A stretch of DNA of 64,000 bases from an uncultured bacterium. GTDB taxonomy: Bacteria; Fidelibacterota; Marinisomatia; Marinisomatales; UBA1611. Where the stretch lies: positions 480,001 to 544,000 of the forward strand of contig CALSPG010000005.1 of NCBI GenBank assembly GCA_943788175.1, given 5' to 3'. Below are positions 10,178-20,270 of the stretch, piece by piece. The position numbers were made by a program, and so were the translations under genes. The number at the start of each line of letters is the position of its first letter. Position 1 is the first letter of the stretch. Under the pieces are notes generated by a model, which ran no database searches, was not told the origin of the DNA, and saw only the letters and a program-made list of their open reading frames with translations.

Positions 10178-13100
10178 ATGATGAGAATAATAATATTAAT
10201 TACTTTTTGTGTCGGATCTTTATTTTCAAATCTATATGGTCAATGGCCTTTTGGAAAAGATATTGATTGGTATATTGATGGACCAAAGAAAAATTGGACA
10301 AAGCGTGATCATGATCGCTACTATAGATGGAGAGATAGGCTTTCAGCGTCTAGGAAAGCTGAAACAACTGATGAGCAAATTTTGCCAAGGCAAAAAGCGA
10401 TTTTAAACGGCAATAAAATAACGACCGAAATATGGAATTACGGCTCGATTAGTAGTCCAGGTAATAGAGTCACAGACATTGTCTGGGAGACACTAGGCTA
10501 TGGATATGAGTTTGGACCATTTATTTGTGCAAAAGTTCCTTTATTATCTGATGGTCATCAAGATGCTTTTTATGAAGTATCAAATGGTGACACTTCATGG
10601 TATGCTAGAATGATTAGTGATGGATTAACTTCTTTAGGGGGAGAAGTCTCTCCTGATGGTTTAGAGTTTTATGGTTGGGAACCATTGGCTTTTAATGATG
10701 ACTTAACAGTCCCTTACGGCGACCCAACTAGTGAGAATATTCCAACTAGTAATGATTTAGATAGAGATGGTGATGGAAAACCAGATAGTTGGCCGTTTGG
10801 TTGGTATAATCCTAATTTGAAAGATTACGTTTGGCCTGGTGCTCTTAGGCAAGGTGCTTCAAATTCTGATCTGGAGTCCTTCTTTGTGGTGGATGATAGA
10901 ACAAATAAAGAATTTGACTACTATCCTTTTACTAGCGATTCTACGAAACGCGGTTTGGGGATTGAAATAGAATCAAGGTATTACCAATGGGCGAATCCGT
11001 TAGCTGAAGATATAATTTTTCTAATTTATAAAGTGACGAATAAAAGTGATAAAGACCTTGAAGAGGTTACCTTTGGAATGTGGGGTGATCCCCACGTTGG
11101 CGGTCCTTCTAATTGGCAAGATGATTTATCTTATTTTGATCGTGACCTTAATATGGTTTACTGTTGGGATGCAGATGGAATTTCTGATGTATCAGGAAAA
11201 GAGCCTGGTTACTTTGGATATAAGTTTTTAGAGAGTCCTGGTCAGCCCTATGATGGTATTGATAATGACAATGATGGTTTACTCGATGAGAGACAGGACA
11301 ATGGTATAGATGAAGATGGTGATTGGAATGTTGAAAAGCACGATGTCGGTATTGATGGTATCCCAAATACAGGAGATGAAGGTGAAGATGATGGCGTTCC
11401 AACTCCTGGAGATCAATTTGATTTAAGAAAGCCGGGAGAACCAAATATAGATTGGACAGATTTAGATGAGTCTGACATGGTAGGTTTAACTGGATTTGCC
11501 TCACCGCCATTCACGAGTCAAAATAGAATATCAAATGATCAATTTATTTTTGAAAATTATTTAACGCCTGGTGTCTTTGATTCAGCCAATTCTGTTCAAG
11601 CTGGAGACTATATATTTATTTACAGCTCAGGTCCCATAAGCTTGCCTAAAAATGAGTCTAGAAGATTCAGTATTGCGTTAATAGTTGGCCAAGATTATGA
11701 TGATTTGACATTGAATGCGACTACTGCGCAAGATATTTACGAAAAAAACTATCAATTTGCTAAGCCACCGGAAAAACCAAATGTTACCGCGGTCCCTGGT
11801 GATCAAAAGGTAACGTTGTATTGGGATGATGTTGCAGAATCTAGCTTTGATCCGATTACAGAAACCTATGACTTTGAGGGTTATGTAATTTATCGTTCAA
11901 CAGATCCTTCTTTCTTAGATCAGCAAACAATCACGGATGCAAATGGTTCTAAATTTTTGTTTGAACCTTTAAAGACAGTGGATGGAGCATCTGCTAAATT
12001 TGATTTAGTAAATGATTATACTGGTCTTAGTCAAATACCTTATTCTGGAAGAGGTGTTAGTTATAATTTAGGAAACAATACGGGTTTGCGTCATGTATTC
12101 GTAGATTCAAATAATGTTGTCAATGGGCAAAAATATTACTACGCTGTTGTTTCTTATGATCATGGAGATGCTGCATTAGAAGTTGCACCTGTAGAATGTT
12201 CAAAAACAATTACAGTAAACCCTGAAACAGGGGAAATTTTATTAGACGTCAACACGATAGCAGTAGTTCCAAGAACAATGACAGCAGGTTATGTCGCTTC
12301 ATCAATAACAAATAATGCACCAAGTCAAGTTCAAGGTAATGGTACCGGATTAATTAATCTAGAAATCATTGATCCTTCTTCGATACAAGATCAAAATAAT
12401 TTTCAGATTGTTTTTAATGAAGACGATGGGCTTAGTTATAGTGTCTTAGATGAAAAAGAAGTATCAGACACATTGACAGCGCGATTGGGTAATTATCATA
12501 AATTATCTTACAAAAACATTGATAGTTTGAGTTTCAAACTTATCGGTTCTAATGGCGCATTGCTTAGCAGTGGTGTTGATTATGATTTATTGGATAAGGA
12601 TGGTCAAATTTTAATTTATGCGGATGGCGCAATAGCCGAATCTGAAGAAATAACCGCAACGTTTATTTATTATCCTATTGTGAATAGTAAAAAGTTAAGC
12701 TTAGAGGAAGGGAATCCAATTTTTGATGGTATGACTTTGTCTGTTCAAAATCAGGGTTTGGCTTTAGAAGAACAAAAAATAGGTTGGAATGCTAGTACTT
12801 TAACTAACTGGGAGCCAACTGTCAAACCATTCAACAATCTAGGTGCTAATAAATATCCAGCTGACTACGAGCTTCGTTGGTTTAGTGATACCGTTAGTAG
12901 TAATTATCGTCCTGGATATGAATATGTCAAAGCAAATTTTGAAATATGGGAAACAACAAGAGGTTTCGAGCAAAAACAATTACCTTTTGTCCTAATTGAA
13001 AGTGCTCCCTTTGATAGCCTTTGGAATCCTGGTGAGCGTATTATAATTCTTCAGGACTCTACAATGAATTCATTTTCTTGGGAGCTAACATTTGACACGA

Positions 13101-13546
13101 CAGATGCTCCAGTTTCACCTTCTTCAGGAGACATTTTTTCTATATTTACAACAAGGTCCTTTTCTGATGATAAATTTACATTCACTACTTCATCTGCAAA
13201 GGAAGATAAGGTGGTTGAAAAGGATAATATGGATGATATTTATGTAGTGCCTAATCCTTATGTTGTTTCGAGTAATATTGAACCTCTAGATCTTCAAAAC
13301 CCATTAGATAGAGGACCACGAAGAGTTTATTTCGCAAATATCCCAGCAAATTGTACAATCGATATTTATACAATGTCTGGTGAAATAGTAAAGTCTTTAA
13401 AACATGACAGTGCAATTGAAGATGGTATAAAATATTGGGATCTCACAACTTCAGATAATTTTCCTGTTTCATTTGGTATGTATATATATCATGTTAAGAG
13501 TGAAGATGGAAACGAATCGACAGGAAGGTTTGCAATCATTAAATAA
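10178..13546 (+). CDS. Giant secreted protein with FN3-like module and atypical CTD (VVPNPY...GRFAIIK)
   Basis: Signal peptide; DGIDNDNDGLLDE-type acidic repeats; VTLYWDDVAESS...DFEGYVIYRS module; CTD IYVVPNPY...FANIP...IYTMSG...YWDL...GMYIYHV; stop overlaps the next start (TAATG). Confidence 0.8.
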   Translation: MMRIIILITFCVGSLFSNLYGQWPFGKDIDWYIDGPKKNWTKRDHDRYYRWRDRLSASRKAETTDEQILPRQKAILNGNKITTEIWNYGSISSPGNRVTDIVWETLGYGYEFGPFICAKVPLLSDGHQDAFYEVSNGDTSWYARMISDGLTSLGGEVSPDGLEFYGWEPLAFNDDLTVPYGDPTSENIPTSNDLDRDGDGKPDSWPFGWYNPNLKDYVWPGALRQGASNSDLESFFVVDDRTNKEFDYYPFTSDSTKRGLGIEIESRYYQWANPLAEDIIFLIYKVTNKSDKDLEEVTFGMWGDPHVGGPSNWQDDLSYFDRDLNMVYCWDADGISDVSGKEPGYFGYKFLESPGQPYDGIDNDNDGLLDERQDNGIDEDGDWNVEKHDVGIDGIPNTGDEGEDDGVPTPGDQFDLRKPGEPNIDWTDLDESDMVGLTGFASPPFTSQNRISNDQFIFENYLTPGVFDSANSVQAGDYIFIYSSGPISLPKNESRRFSIALIVGQDYDDLTLNATTAQDIYEKNYQFAKPPEKPNVTAVPGDQKVTLYWDDVAESSFDPITETYDFEGYVIYRSTDPSFLDQQTITDANGSKFLFEPLKTVDGASAKFDLVNDYTGLSQIPYSGRGVSYNLGNNTGLRHVFVDSNNVVNGQKYYYAVVSYDHGDAALEVAPVECSKTITVNPETGEILLDVNTIAVVPRTMTAGYVASSITNNAPSQVQGNGTGLINLEIIDPSSIQDQNNFQIVFNEDDGLSYSVLDEKEVSDTLTARLGNYHKLSYKNIDSLSFKLIGSNGALLSSGVDYDLLDKDGQILIYADGAIAESEEITATFIYYPIVNSKKLSLEEGNPIFDGMTLSVQNQGLALEEQKIGWNASTLTNWEPTVKPFNNLGANKYPADYELRWFSDTVSSNYRPGYEYVKANFEIWETTRGFEQKQLPFVLIESAPFDSLWNPGERIIILQDSTMNSFSWELTFDTTDAPVSPSSGDIFSIFTTRSFSDDKFTFTTSSAKEDKVVEKDNMDDIYVVPNPYVVSSNIEPLDLQNPLDRGPRRVYFANIPANCTIDIYTMSGEIVKSLKHDSAIEDGIKYWDLTTSDNFPVSFGMYIYHVKSEDGNESTGRFAIIK

Positions 13547-14580
13547 TGCAATTTTATAAAAATATAGTATCCTTTCTAATAATTGCTTCTACTTTTAGTC
13601 TAGCTCAGCTAGAGAATAGCCAAGATATTTCTAAGGTCGGAACAACCGCTGCTCAATTTTTAAAAATCAGTGCAGGTTCTAGGGGTCTAGCAATGGGGAA
13701 TGCGAATGTTGCCATCGCAAATGATTTATCTAGCGGATTTTGGAATCCTGCTGGTTTAGCCCACTTAAAAGGCATTCAAGTATACTTTGAAAATAATGGC
13801 TGGTTAGCTGGCACCGATTATAATTTTGGCTCATTTGGTTTTGAATGGCCAAGAGTAGGCGTTTTTTCATTATCACTTACTATGCTGACGACACCAGATG
13901 ATTTAGTTAGGACTGTCGAAAACCCATCTGGTACGGGTGAAAAATTCAACTCACAAGATATGTCAATAGGCCTGAGTATTGGTAAAAAATTGACAGATGA
14001 CCTTTCATTAGGCGCGACAATTAAAAATATTAGACAGCGGATATGGCATTCTACTGGCCAAACAGTTGGTGTTGACATTGGCGTCCAGTATAATACACCT
14101 ATTAAAAACTTAATCCTTGGGGCGAGTATTGCAAACTTTGGCAATGATATCTCATTAACAGGTAGAGATATGAATTTAAGTGTTGACCCTGATCCGACAA
14201 ATCAAGGCAATATTGAATTCGTAAATGCACAGTATGAGACCGATGCTTTCCCATTACCGCTACTATTTAGAGTCGGACTAGGTGGCTACCTTGTTAAAAA
14301 AGAAAATTTAGATGTGCTCTTAGCTTTTGATGCTGTTCATCCAAATGATAATTATGAATATATAAACATTGGGTTTGAGACAAATATAAATAATATGTTT
14401 TCTATTCGTGCTGGTTATCCTAGCATTGGGAAAAAAGATGCAATCGAAGGCGCCTCCTTTGGTTTTGGTCTTAAATATCCAATCCTGAACTCTACGAATA
14501 ATTTTACAATTGATTATACATCAGCAGATTTTGGCCCTTTAGGGATAGTTCAAAGAGTATCCATTAGTTTTAATTACTAA
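13546..14580 (+). CDS. PorV/PorQ-family (UPF0164-like) outer-membrane beta-barrel
   Basis: SKVGTTAAQFLKISAGSRGLAMG...FWNPAGLA signature, LPLLFRVG motif, aromatic C-terminal strand. Confidence 0.88.
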   Translation: MQFYKNIVSFLIIASTFSLAQLENSQDISKVGTTAAQFLKISAGSRGLAMGNANVAIANDLSSGFWNPAGLAHLKGIQVYFENNGWLAGTDYNFGSFGFEWPRVGVFSLSLTMLTTPDDLVRTVENPSGTGEKFNSQDMSIGLSIGKKLTDDLSLGATIKNIRQRIWHSTGQTVGVDIGVQYNTPIKNLILGASIANFGNDISLTGRDMNLSVDPDPTNQGNIEFVNAQYETDAFPLPLLFRVGLGGYLVKKENLDVLLAFDAVHPNDNYEYINIGFETNINNMFSIRAGYPSIGKKDAIEGASFGFGLKYPILNSTNNFTIDYTSADFGPLGIVQRVSISFNY

Positions 14581-14609
14581 TACATATAGCACTTATCAAC
14601 TTCTCTATA

Positions 14610-15890
14610 ATGAATAGAGCGTTTTTTTTAGTTTCTTTTGTATTATTGCCTTCACTGATTTTTTCTCAGCTTGATGATGTTGGAGTCACGCTCCAAGTTG
14701 ACCCTCCTTTTTCATCTCGTGATAGTCTAGACTATTTTATTATAGAAGGCGAATCTCCATTATTTGAAAGAGATATCGAAGGCGCAGCACTTAATATTTA
14801 TGGTGATGAAATTGAAGAAGTCATTTTTAAAATATTTCAAGATGGCGAGGACTCCCTCCAAATTTTTGGTAGGATATTTAATCAACCGAGTGATGAAAAC
14901 ACAATTGGAACATTTTTAAAAGAAATAAAAGATTCACCAATTTATTTTTCATATAAAATATTAGCAAAAAGTAGAATACAATTAAAGTCGATTATCATTT
15001 TCCCCATAGATATAGAACTACCGGGATTAGCAAAAGGGCTAGGAGCTATATCTGGAACAGTTCCAAAACCTGCAATAATTAGCAGAGAAGAATGGGGCGC
15101 AGAGGACTCGAAATCATCTTACAGCTATCATCCTTATTTTGACAAACTCACTCTTCACCACGCAGCTTGCTGCAGTGCAGATGATATAGAAGAAGGAAAA
15201 GATCAGGTTTATTGGATTCAAGACTTTCATCAAAATGGAAGAGGGTGGAATGATATTGGGTACCATTTTCTTGTAGATAGAGGAGGCAACATATACCAAG
15301 GTCGTCCTGAGACTGTTATCGGTGCTCATGTGGGGGGAGCAAATACGGGTAATATTGGTGTCTGTCTACTGGGTTGTTACCATCCTCCAGAGGTATCTTG
15401 TTTGCAAGAGATAACGAATGAAAGTAGAGAAGCGATAGTAAAACTTTTTTCTTGGATCTCAGACACATATGGACAAGATCCGTCTTTGTTATTAGGTCAC
15501 CGTGATTATTTTGGTACAACGGCTTGTCCAGGTGATAATGTATCGATAGATCTTCCGAGGTTTAGAGCTGAAATATTTGATTTCACACAATCCTACTTTG
15601 AGATACCGCCTATTTCAATCTTTAAATCACCTTACCCAAATCCATTTTTTAATTCGATTTCTTTTAATTTCGATTTAATAGACCAAATGGATTTCAGAAT
15701 GAATATTTATGATATTCTAGGAAGAAAAGTTAATATGATTGAACGGAATAATGCAGCTTCTGGAAGATTGACTCTTTTTTGGGATGGTAAAGATTTTGAT
15801 GGCAAAAAATTAGGTTCAGGTATCTATATTGCAAAACTGGCTTCTTTTAATGATGTTGAGCCTTTAAAAGTTGTTTTATTAAAAAAATAG
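14610..15890 (+). CDS. Secreted N-acetylmuramoyl-L-alanine amidase (Amidase_2/PGRP-like) with T9SS-like CTD
   Basis: IISREEWGA, LHH, GWNDIGYHFLV, GAHVGGAN, GHRD...TACPG Zn ligands; C-terminal PYPNPF...WDGKD...GSGIY. Confidence 0.88.
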   Translation: MNRAFFLVSFVLLPSLIFSQLDDVGVTLQVDPPFSSRDSLDYFIIEGESPLFERDIEGAALNIYGDEIEEVIFKIFQDGEDSLQIFGRIFNQPSDENTIGTFLKEIKDSPIYFSYKILAKSRIQLKSIIIFPIDIELPGLAKGLGAISGTVPKPAIISREEWGAEDSKSSYSYHPYFDKLTLHHAACCSADDIEEGKDQVYWIQDFHQNGRGWNDIGYHFLVDRGGNIYQGRPETVIGAHVGGANTGNIGVCLLGCYHPPEVSCLQEITNESREAIVKLFSWISDTYGQDPSLLLGHRDYFGTTACPGDNVSIDLPRFRAEIFDFTQSYFEIPPISIFKSPYPNPFFNSISFNFDLIDQMDFRMNIYDILGRKVNMIERNNAASGRLTLFWDGKDFDGKKLGSGIYIAKLASFNDVEPLKVVLLKK

Positions 15891-15908
15891 AACAACCTCA
15901 TTATAGAA

Positions 15909-16583
15909 TCAATGTGAATGGCCTAAAAAATTATAGGTCAGATAAATAAACCCGACACCAAGAATTAAGCAACCGCTTAGAACCTCTTGGTTTATATTTA
16001 TTTTAAGATTGTTGAATTTTTCAATAATTATATTTTTAGCGAAATTGAAAGTTAATACAACTAGAAATAGTACAAGTGCTATTCCTAGAACGTATATCAA
16101 TATAAAGCCAATAATAGAATATATAGAGGGAGTCATTCCTGTCATCATTACAACAGCAAGAGAAGATGCGCACGGTAAAATACCTGTTAGCAAACCAACT
16201 GTGATGGGATTTTCTATTTTTGAATCGCCAAAATCCCCATGATTATGACCACAATCATTTGAATGAACATGTCTCATTTTATATATGGCTTTTCCAAGAA
16301 TATAAGAACCAAAGCTGATAATTATTACAGGCGCAATCCAATGAGAAAATTCATGCAAAAAAGAACTGGCGACCTCTGCTAAAATTATATTAAATATTAT
16401 AGCAATAATACTTAGTACTAAAAAATGAGATACTAATAAACTGAGGGTAAGTAGTATGATTTTTTGAAAATCTAGTTTTCCTCCAACAGTATATGCCAAT
16501 AAAAAAGTTTTGCCATGGCCAGGTTCTAAAGCATGTAAGCAACCTAATAAAAAAATAGAGGTGAAAGTAAGCGAGTCAGCCAT
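15909..16583 (-). CDS. RcnA/NicO-like nickel/cobalt transporter
   Basis: LHALEPGHGK motif, His-rich loop HVHSNDCGHNH, GILPC motif, multiple TM helices. Confidence 0.8.
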   Translation of the reverse strand: MADSLTFTSIFLLGCLHALEPGHGKTFLLAYTVGGKLDFQKIILLTLSLLVSHFLVLSIIAIIFNIILAEVASSFLHEFSHWIAPVIIISFGSYILGKAIYKMRHVHSNDCGHNHGDFGDSKIENPITVGLLTGILPCASSLAVVMMTGMTPSIYSIIGFILIYVLGIALVLFLVVLTFNFAKNIIIEKFNNLKININQEVLSGCLILGVGFIYLTYNFLGHSH

Positions 16584-16587
16584 AGAA

Positions 16588-17838
16588 CTAATATTTTAAA
16601 ATATCGTCGGCTGTTACTCCGCGTTTTAGATTTTTATATAGGCCGCTATTTCCCCACAATCTATTGAGCCCACTTTCTTTAATTTTTATCTTATCAGGAT
16701 ACATATTATAAATGGAAAATAAGGTCAAAACGCCAACGTCAATGCTTCTATACCGATTTCGGTCCGTTATCCAGATCTCAATTCCACTACATTTTTTATT
16801 TTTAAATTTGGGGTTCTCAGACTTTCCTTTTATTGTTTGAGGTGTAAATGTTTTTGGAACGAATACAACGCCAGGAAGCTTAAAGTTGTTTAAAACCTGT
16901 GATAGCTTTTTTCCATCAATCCAAGGAGCGCCTATCCATTTAAAAGGATTTGGCGTTCCTCGACCTTCACTAACATTTGTAGCTTCGAATAGGCACATCC
17001 CCGGATATATTATGGCAGTTTTAAGATCTGGAATATTCGGAGAAGGTGGTATCCACGGTAAGTCTGTTTGGTCAAACCAAGCGTTTGGTTGCCATCCTTC
17101 CATTTTAATTATTTCAAGTTCTGGCAATGAGGCTATCCACTTATTTTTCAATATTTCAATCGCAAGTTCACCCACAGTACCTCCATATCGAGTAGGAATT
17201 GGGTAATGTCCAACAAATGATTTGTATGCAAGATCAAGGATAGGACCTTCAATTATATCTCCGCGAATTGGATTCGGTCTATCAAGAACTAATATAGGAA
17301 TTCCTAGTTCTGCACCAGTTTCCATCACAAGTCCTAATGTTGAAATATAAGTATAAAAACGCGCTCCGATATCTTGGATATCATAGATGATAAGGTTAAC
17401 GCCTTCAAGCATTTCAGCGCTTGGTTTTCGTGTTCCACCATATAAACTAATGACTTTAGGCAGTTTTTCAATATCAGTATAATTTATTTTTTCACCAGCT
17501 TCAGACTCTCCAAAAAGGCCATGCTCTGGAGAAAAAATAACTTTTAATTCTACATCATCAATTTCCATTAGTCGTTTATAGTTAGGAATGGAGTTTTTAT
17601 CAACTCCACTATGGTTAGTTACTAACGCAATTTTTCTTGATTGTATGAAATGTAGTTTTTTTTTAAGGAGCACATCAATACCATTTAGAACAGTTATTTT
17701 TGCACTAATTGGTTTCCTTTTATTTTGAAAATACATTGATTGTGCTTGATGGATTCCTATACTTTTTTTATTCTGTTGGCAACTGATTGGTGATAATATG
17801 AAACACAAATAAAAAAATATTTTCAGATATAGATTCAT
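16588..17838 (-). CDS. namZ: Exo-beta-N-acetylmuramidase NamZ (DUF1343), lipoprotein
   Basis: LVTNHSG, FSPEHG, YDIQDIGARFYTYI, LDRPNP, PSPNIP, SEGRGT motifs; lipobox-like SPISC. Confidence 0.88.
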   Translation of the reverse strand: MNLYLKIFFYLCFILSPISCQQNKKSIGIHQAQSMYFQNKRKPISAKITVLNGIDVLLKKKLHFIQSRKIALVTNHSGVDKNSIPNYKRLMEIDDVELKVIFSPEHGLFGESEAGEKINYTDIEKLPKVISLYGGTRKPSAEMLEGVNLIIYDIQDIGARFYTYISTLGLVMETGAELGIPILVLDRPNPIRGDIIEGPILDLAYKSFVGHYPIPTRYGGTVGELAIEILKNKWIASLPELEIIKMEGWQPNAWFDQTDLPWIPPSPNIPDLKTAIIYPGMCLFEATNVSEGRGTPNPFKWIGAPWIDGKKLSQVLNNFKLPGVVFVPKTFTPQTIKGKSENPKFKNKKCSGIEIWITDRNRYRSIDVGVLTLFSIYNMYPDKIKIKESGLNRLWGNSGLYKNLKRGVTADDILKY

Positions 17839-20270
17839 TTTAGCAGTGTTATTTTTCTTGTTGAAATCTCATTTGATTGACTGATTGAAATAAAATAATT
17901 TCCTGACGGAGCAATAAAACCATTCTGCTGAGTGCCATTCCATGTCCATTTTTCATTAACTGATACTGGTTTAATAGAAGTTTTATATACTTCTTGGCCT
18001 AAGATGTTTTTAATGCTTAAATCAACAGTAGTATTTGATGATAATACAGAAAATGAAATAGTAATTGAGCTGTTTGATGGGTTTGGATAAATATTTTTTA
18101 TATTTACGGTTTTAGGTTGTATACTTTTCGAATCCTCTATTTTTAGTTGCGATTCATAAGATGTTATTATTTTTGACATGAGTTCATTTCTTTTTTCTTC
18201 AGGATAGATTGTTTCAAACCCAACAGATAAATAAACGAGTCCCCCTGTAAGATTACTTAACCCAAAAGAGCCAATATATTGAATACCCATTCCGCCAGAG
18301 CTATTTTGATCTACGCCGGAAAATGCAGCACAGAATGAGGCGCCACCAAGTGGTTTTATGCCATCAGGCCAATCAACATTATAGGTGCCATGGCCTCCAT
18401 CATCATAATTAATAACATTTATTCCATCAAAGATCGAGCCACTATAGCCATAGCCACTATAGACACCTTCGTGCCCACCGGCAGCATCTGATATGTAATC
18501 AGCTTTTAAATAGTTTTGATAAAAATCTCTATCCGTAGTGCTTCCCTGATCTTCAAGATCATAACCAATTTCTGATCCTGAAATAAATAGAAATCGGCCT
18601 GATTCTAAATAGGTAGTAATTAAATTTTGTTCAGAATAAGAAAATACGCTAGTTGAAGTGCCTTCTTCTCCAAGCATCCAATCAACAAATTGATAGTCTT
18701 GCAGATCAATCTGTTGGCTAACGACTGCTTCATTTGACGCAGCGTCAAATGCTTGGCCATGATTATTAAATGCGCTGCCATGTTGGCGGATGTAATCAAA
18801 TGTATTATTCGTTCCACTAATTCTATCAAATCCATTAACGATAAGAACGTTTACTTCATTATTTGAAGGAACTATACCAAGCATTTCTGTCGGCTCGCTA
18901 TTCCCAAGAGAGTTTTTTGCAACAACACTAAGAAAATAACTTTCACCTTCATTTAAATTGTTAATGATGATAGGTTTTTCAGAGTAAACCCCAACGGTGT
19001 CTAGTCCTCCGACTACTTCTAGAAATCCTCTTAAAACTATAAACTCCGACGAATTATCGGAACTTTCGAAATCAATTTTGATTGATCCTTGACCTATATT
19101 TTTCATGAAGAGGTTAGACGGCTTTATCGGTGGTGCACTTTCACCAAACTTATTATATAGTAAATCCCAAAGTTCTGGACGACCATCATCATAGCCTAAA
19201 GCCCAAATTCCAACTCCCTTTAAGTTGTTAAATAGTGCGAAATCGTATTTTAATGAAAGAGAGAGGCTATCATCATACCATCCTTGATTCCAGCCATTGT
19301 TATTATAATTATACCATGGGGTTTGAGAACTAGAATGCCATAACTTCCCATAAGATTGGGCTAATCCTTCAATTTCTGAGTAGAATTTTGCACTGCCTGT
19401 TCCACTTGTATTTGCTCCAGCAGCATTTGAAGATGATGCCCATTCAAATCCATAATAGGGGACTCCAAGAATTAGCTTATCCGCCTGAAAATTTGTTTTA
19501 TTTAAATAATCTAGCACTGACCATGTAAGTGTGTATCCAGGACCAGACAATGGGGAGTTCGGTCCAGTAGTTGAACTGCCGCTGTAATGATAATTATAAC
19601 CCATAATAAATAACCCATCACTAATAGAAGCTAAGGCATTGTAGTCCCAGGCATTACTCCAGTCAATTGGGGGCATTGCTAAGGTTACTTGAGAACCTGG
19701 GATTGCAGAATGGAAAGTTTCAGTAAGGTCTGTAATAAAAGTCACCATATTACTCCGCTGCGATGAGGGAAAAGACTCAAAGTCAATATTTACACCATCA
19801 GCGTTTCCTGCCTGTACCTGGGCAAGTAAGTTATCAATTAGGTTTTGGCGATTTTCAGCACTACTCAGCAGTGTAGTAATACTAGCGCTACTGAAAAGGG
19901 TAGCACATAATACAACTTTCGTTCCATGAGCATGTGCTTCATTAATTAAACTAGCTACGGGCCAACCATGCAAGTTACTAATTCCGCCTGTTGGTGTTAT
20001 TTCAGCGCTGAAATAGGCAAGTGTAGATATTAAATTGAAATTATAGTTCGTCCATGCTGTCCCCATCCAATAAGGATGATATCCAAAAACTTCTTTCGAA
20101 GGTACTCTGGACCTTGGTGATATTGAACTGATAACGACAGTGGTATCTGTATTTTTTGGCACAATATAATTGGCGTTATAATATTCTAACTGTTGCTGGT
20201 GTATACTTTGATGGTTTTGAGATAATAGGAAGGAGAGGGCTGTCAAATAAAAAAATAATATTCTATACAT
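17835..20270 (-). CDS. Secreted GH18 glycoside hydrolase with FN3-like domain and T9SS-like CTD
   Basis: Catalytic DGVNIDFE motif, FIMGYNY, LGVPYYG, GVGIWALGYD; C-terminal IYPNPSN...WNG...SGNYF...RKITLLK. Confidence 0.88.
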   Translation of the reverse strand: MYRILFFYLTALSFLLSQNHQSIHQQQLEYYNANYIVPKNTDTTVVISSISPRSRVPSKEVFGYHPYWMGTAWTNYNFNLISTLAYFSAEITPTGGISNLHGWPVASLINEAHAHGTKVVLCATLFSSASITTLLSSAENRQNLIDNLLAQVQAGNADGVNIDFESFPSSQRSNMVTFITDLTETFHSAIPGSQVTLAMPPIDWSNAWDYNALASISDGLFIMGYNYHYSGSSTTGPNSPLSGPGYTLTWSVLDYLNKTNFQADKLILGVPYYGFEWASSSNAAGANTSGTGSAKFYSEIEGLAQSYGKLWHSSSQTPWYNYNNNGWNQGWYDDSLSLSLKYDFALFNNLKGVGIWALGYDDGRPELWDLLYNKFGESAPPIKPSNLFMKNIGQGSIKIDFESSDNSSEFIVLRGFLEVVGGLDTVGVYSEKPIIINNLNEGESYFLSVVAKNSLGNSEPTEMLGIVPSNNEVNVLIVNGFDRISGTNNTFDYIRQHGSAFNNHGQAFDAASNEAVVSQQIDLQDYQFVDWMLGEEGTSTSVFSYSEQNLITTYLESGRFLFISGSEIGYDLEDQGSTTDRDFYQNYLKADYISDAAGGHEGVYSGYGYSGSIFDGINVINYDDGGHGTYNVDWPDGIKPLGGASFCAAFSGVDQNSSGGMGIQYIGSFGLSNLTGGLVYLSVGFETIYPEEKRNELMSKIITSYESQLKIEDSKSIQPKTVNIKNIYPNPSNSSITISFSVLSSNTTVDLSIKNILGQEVYKTSIKPVSVNEKWTWNGTQQNGFIAPSGNYFISISQSNEISTRKITLLK

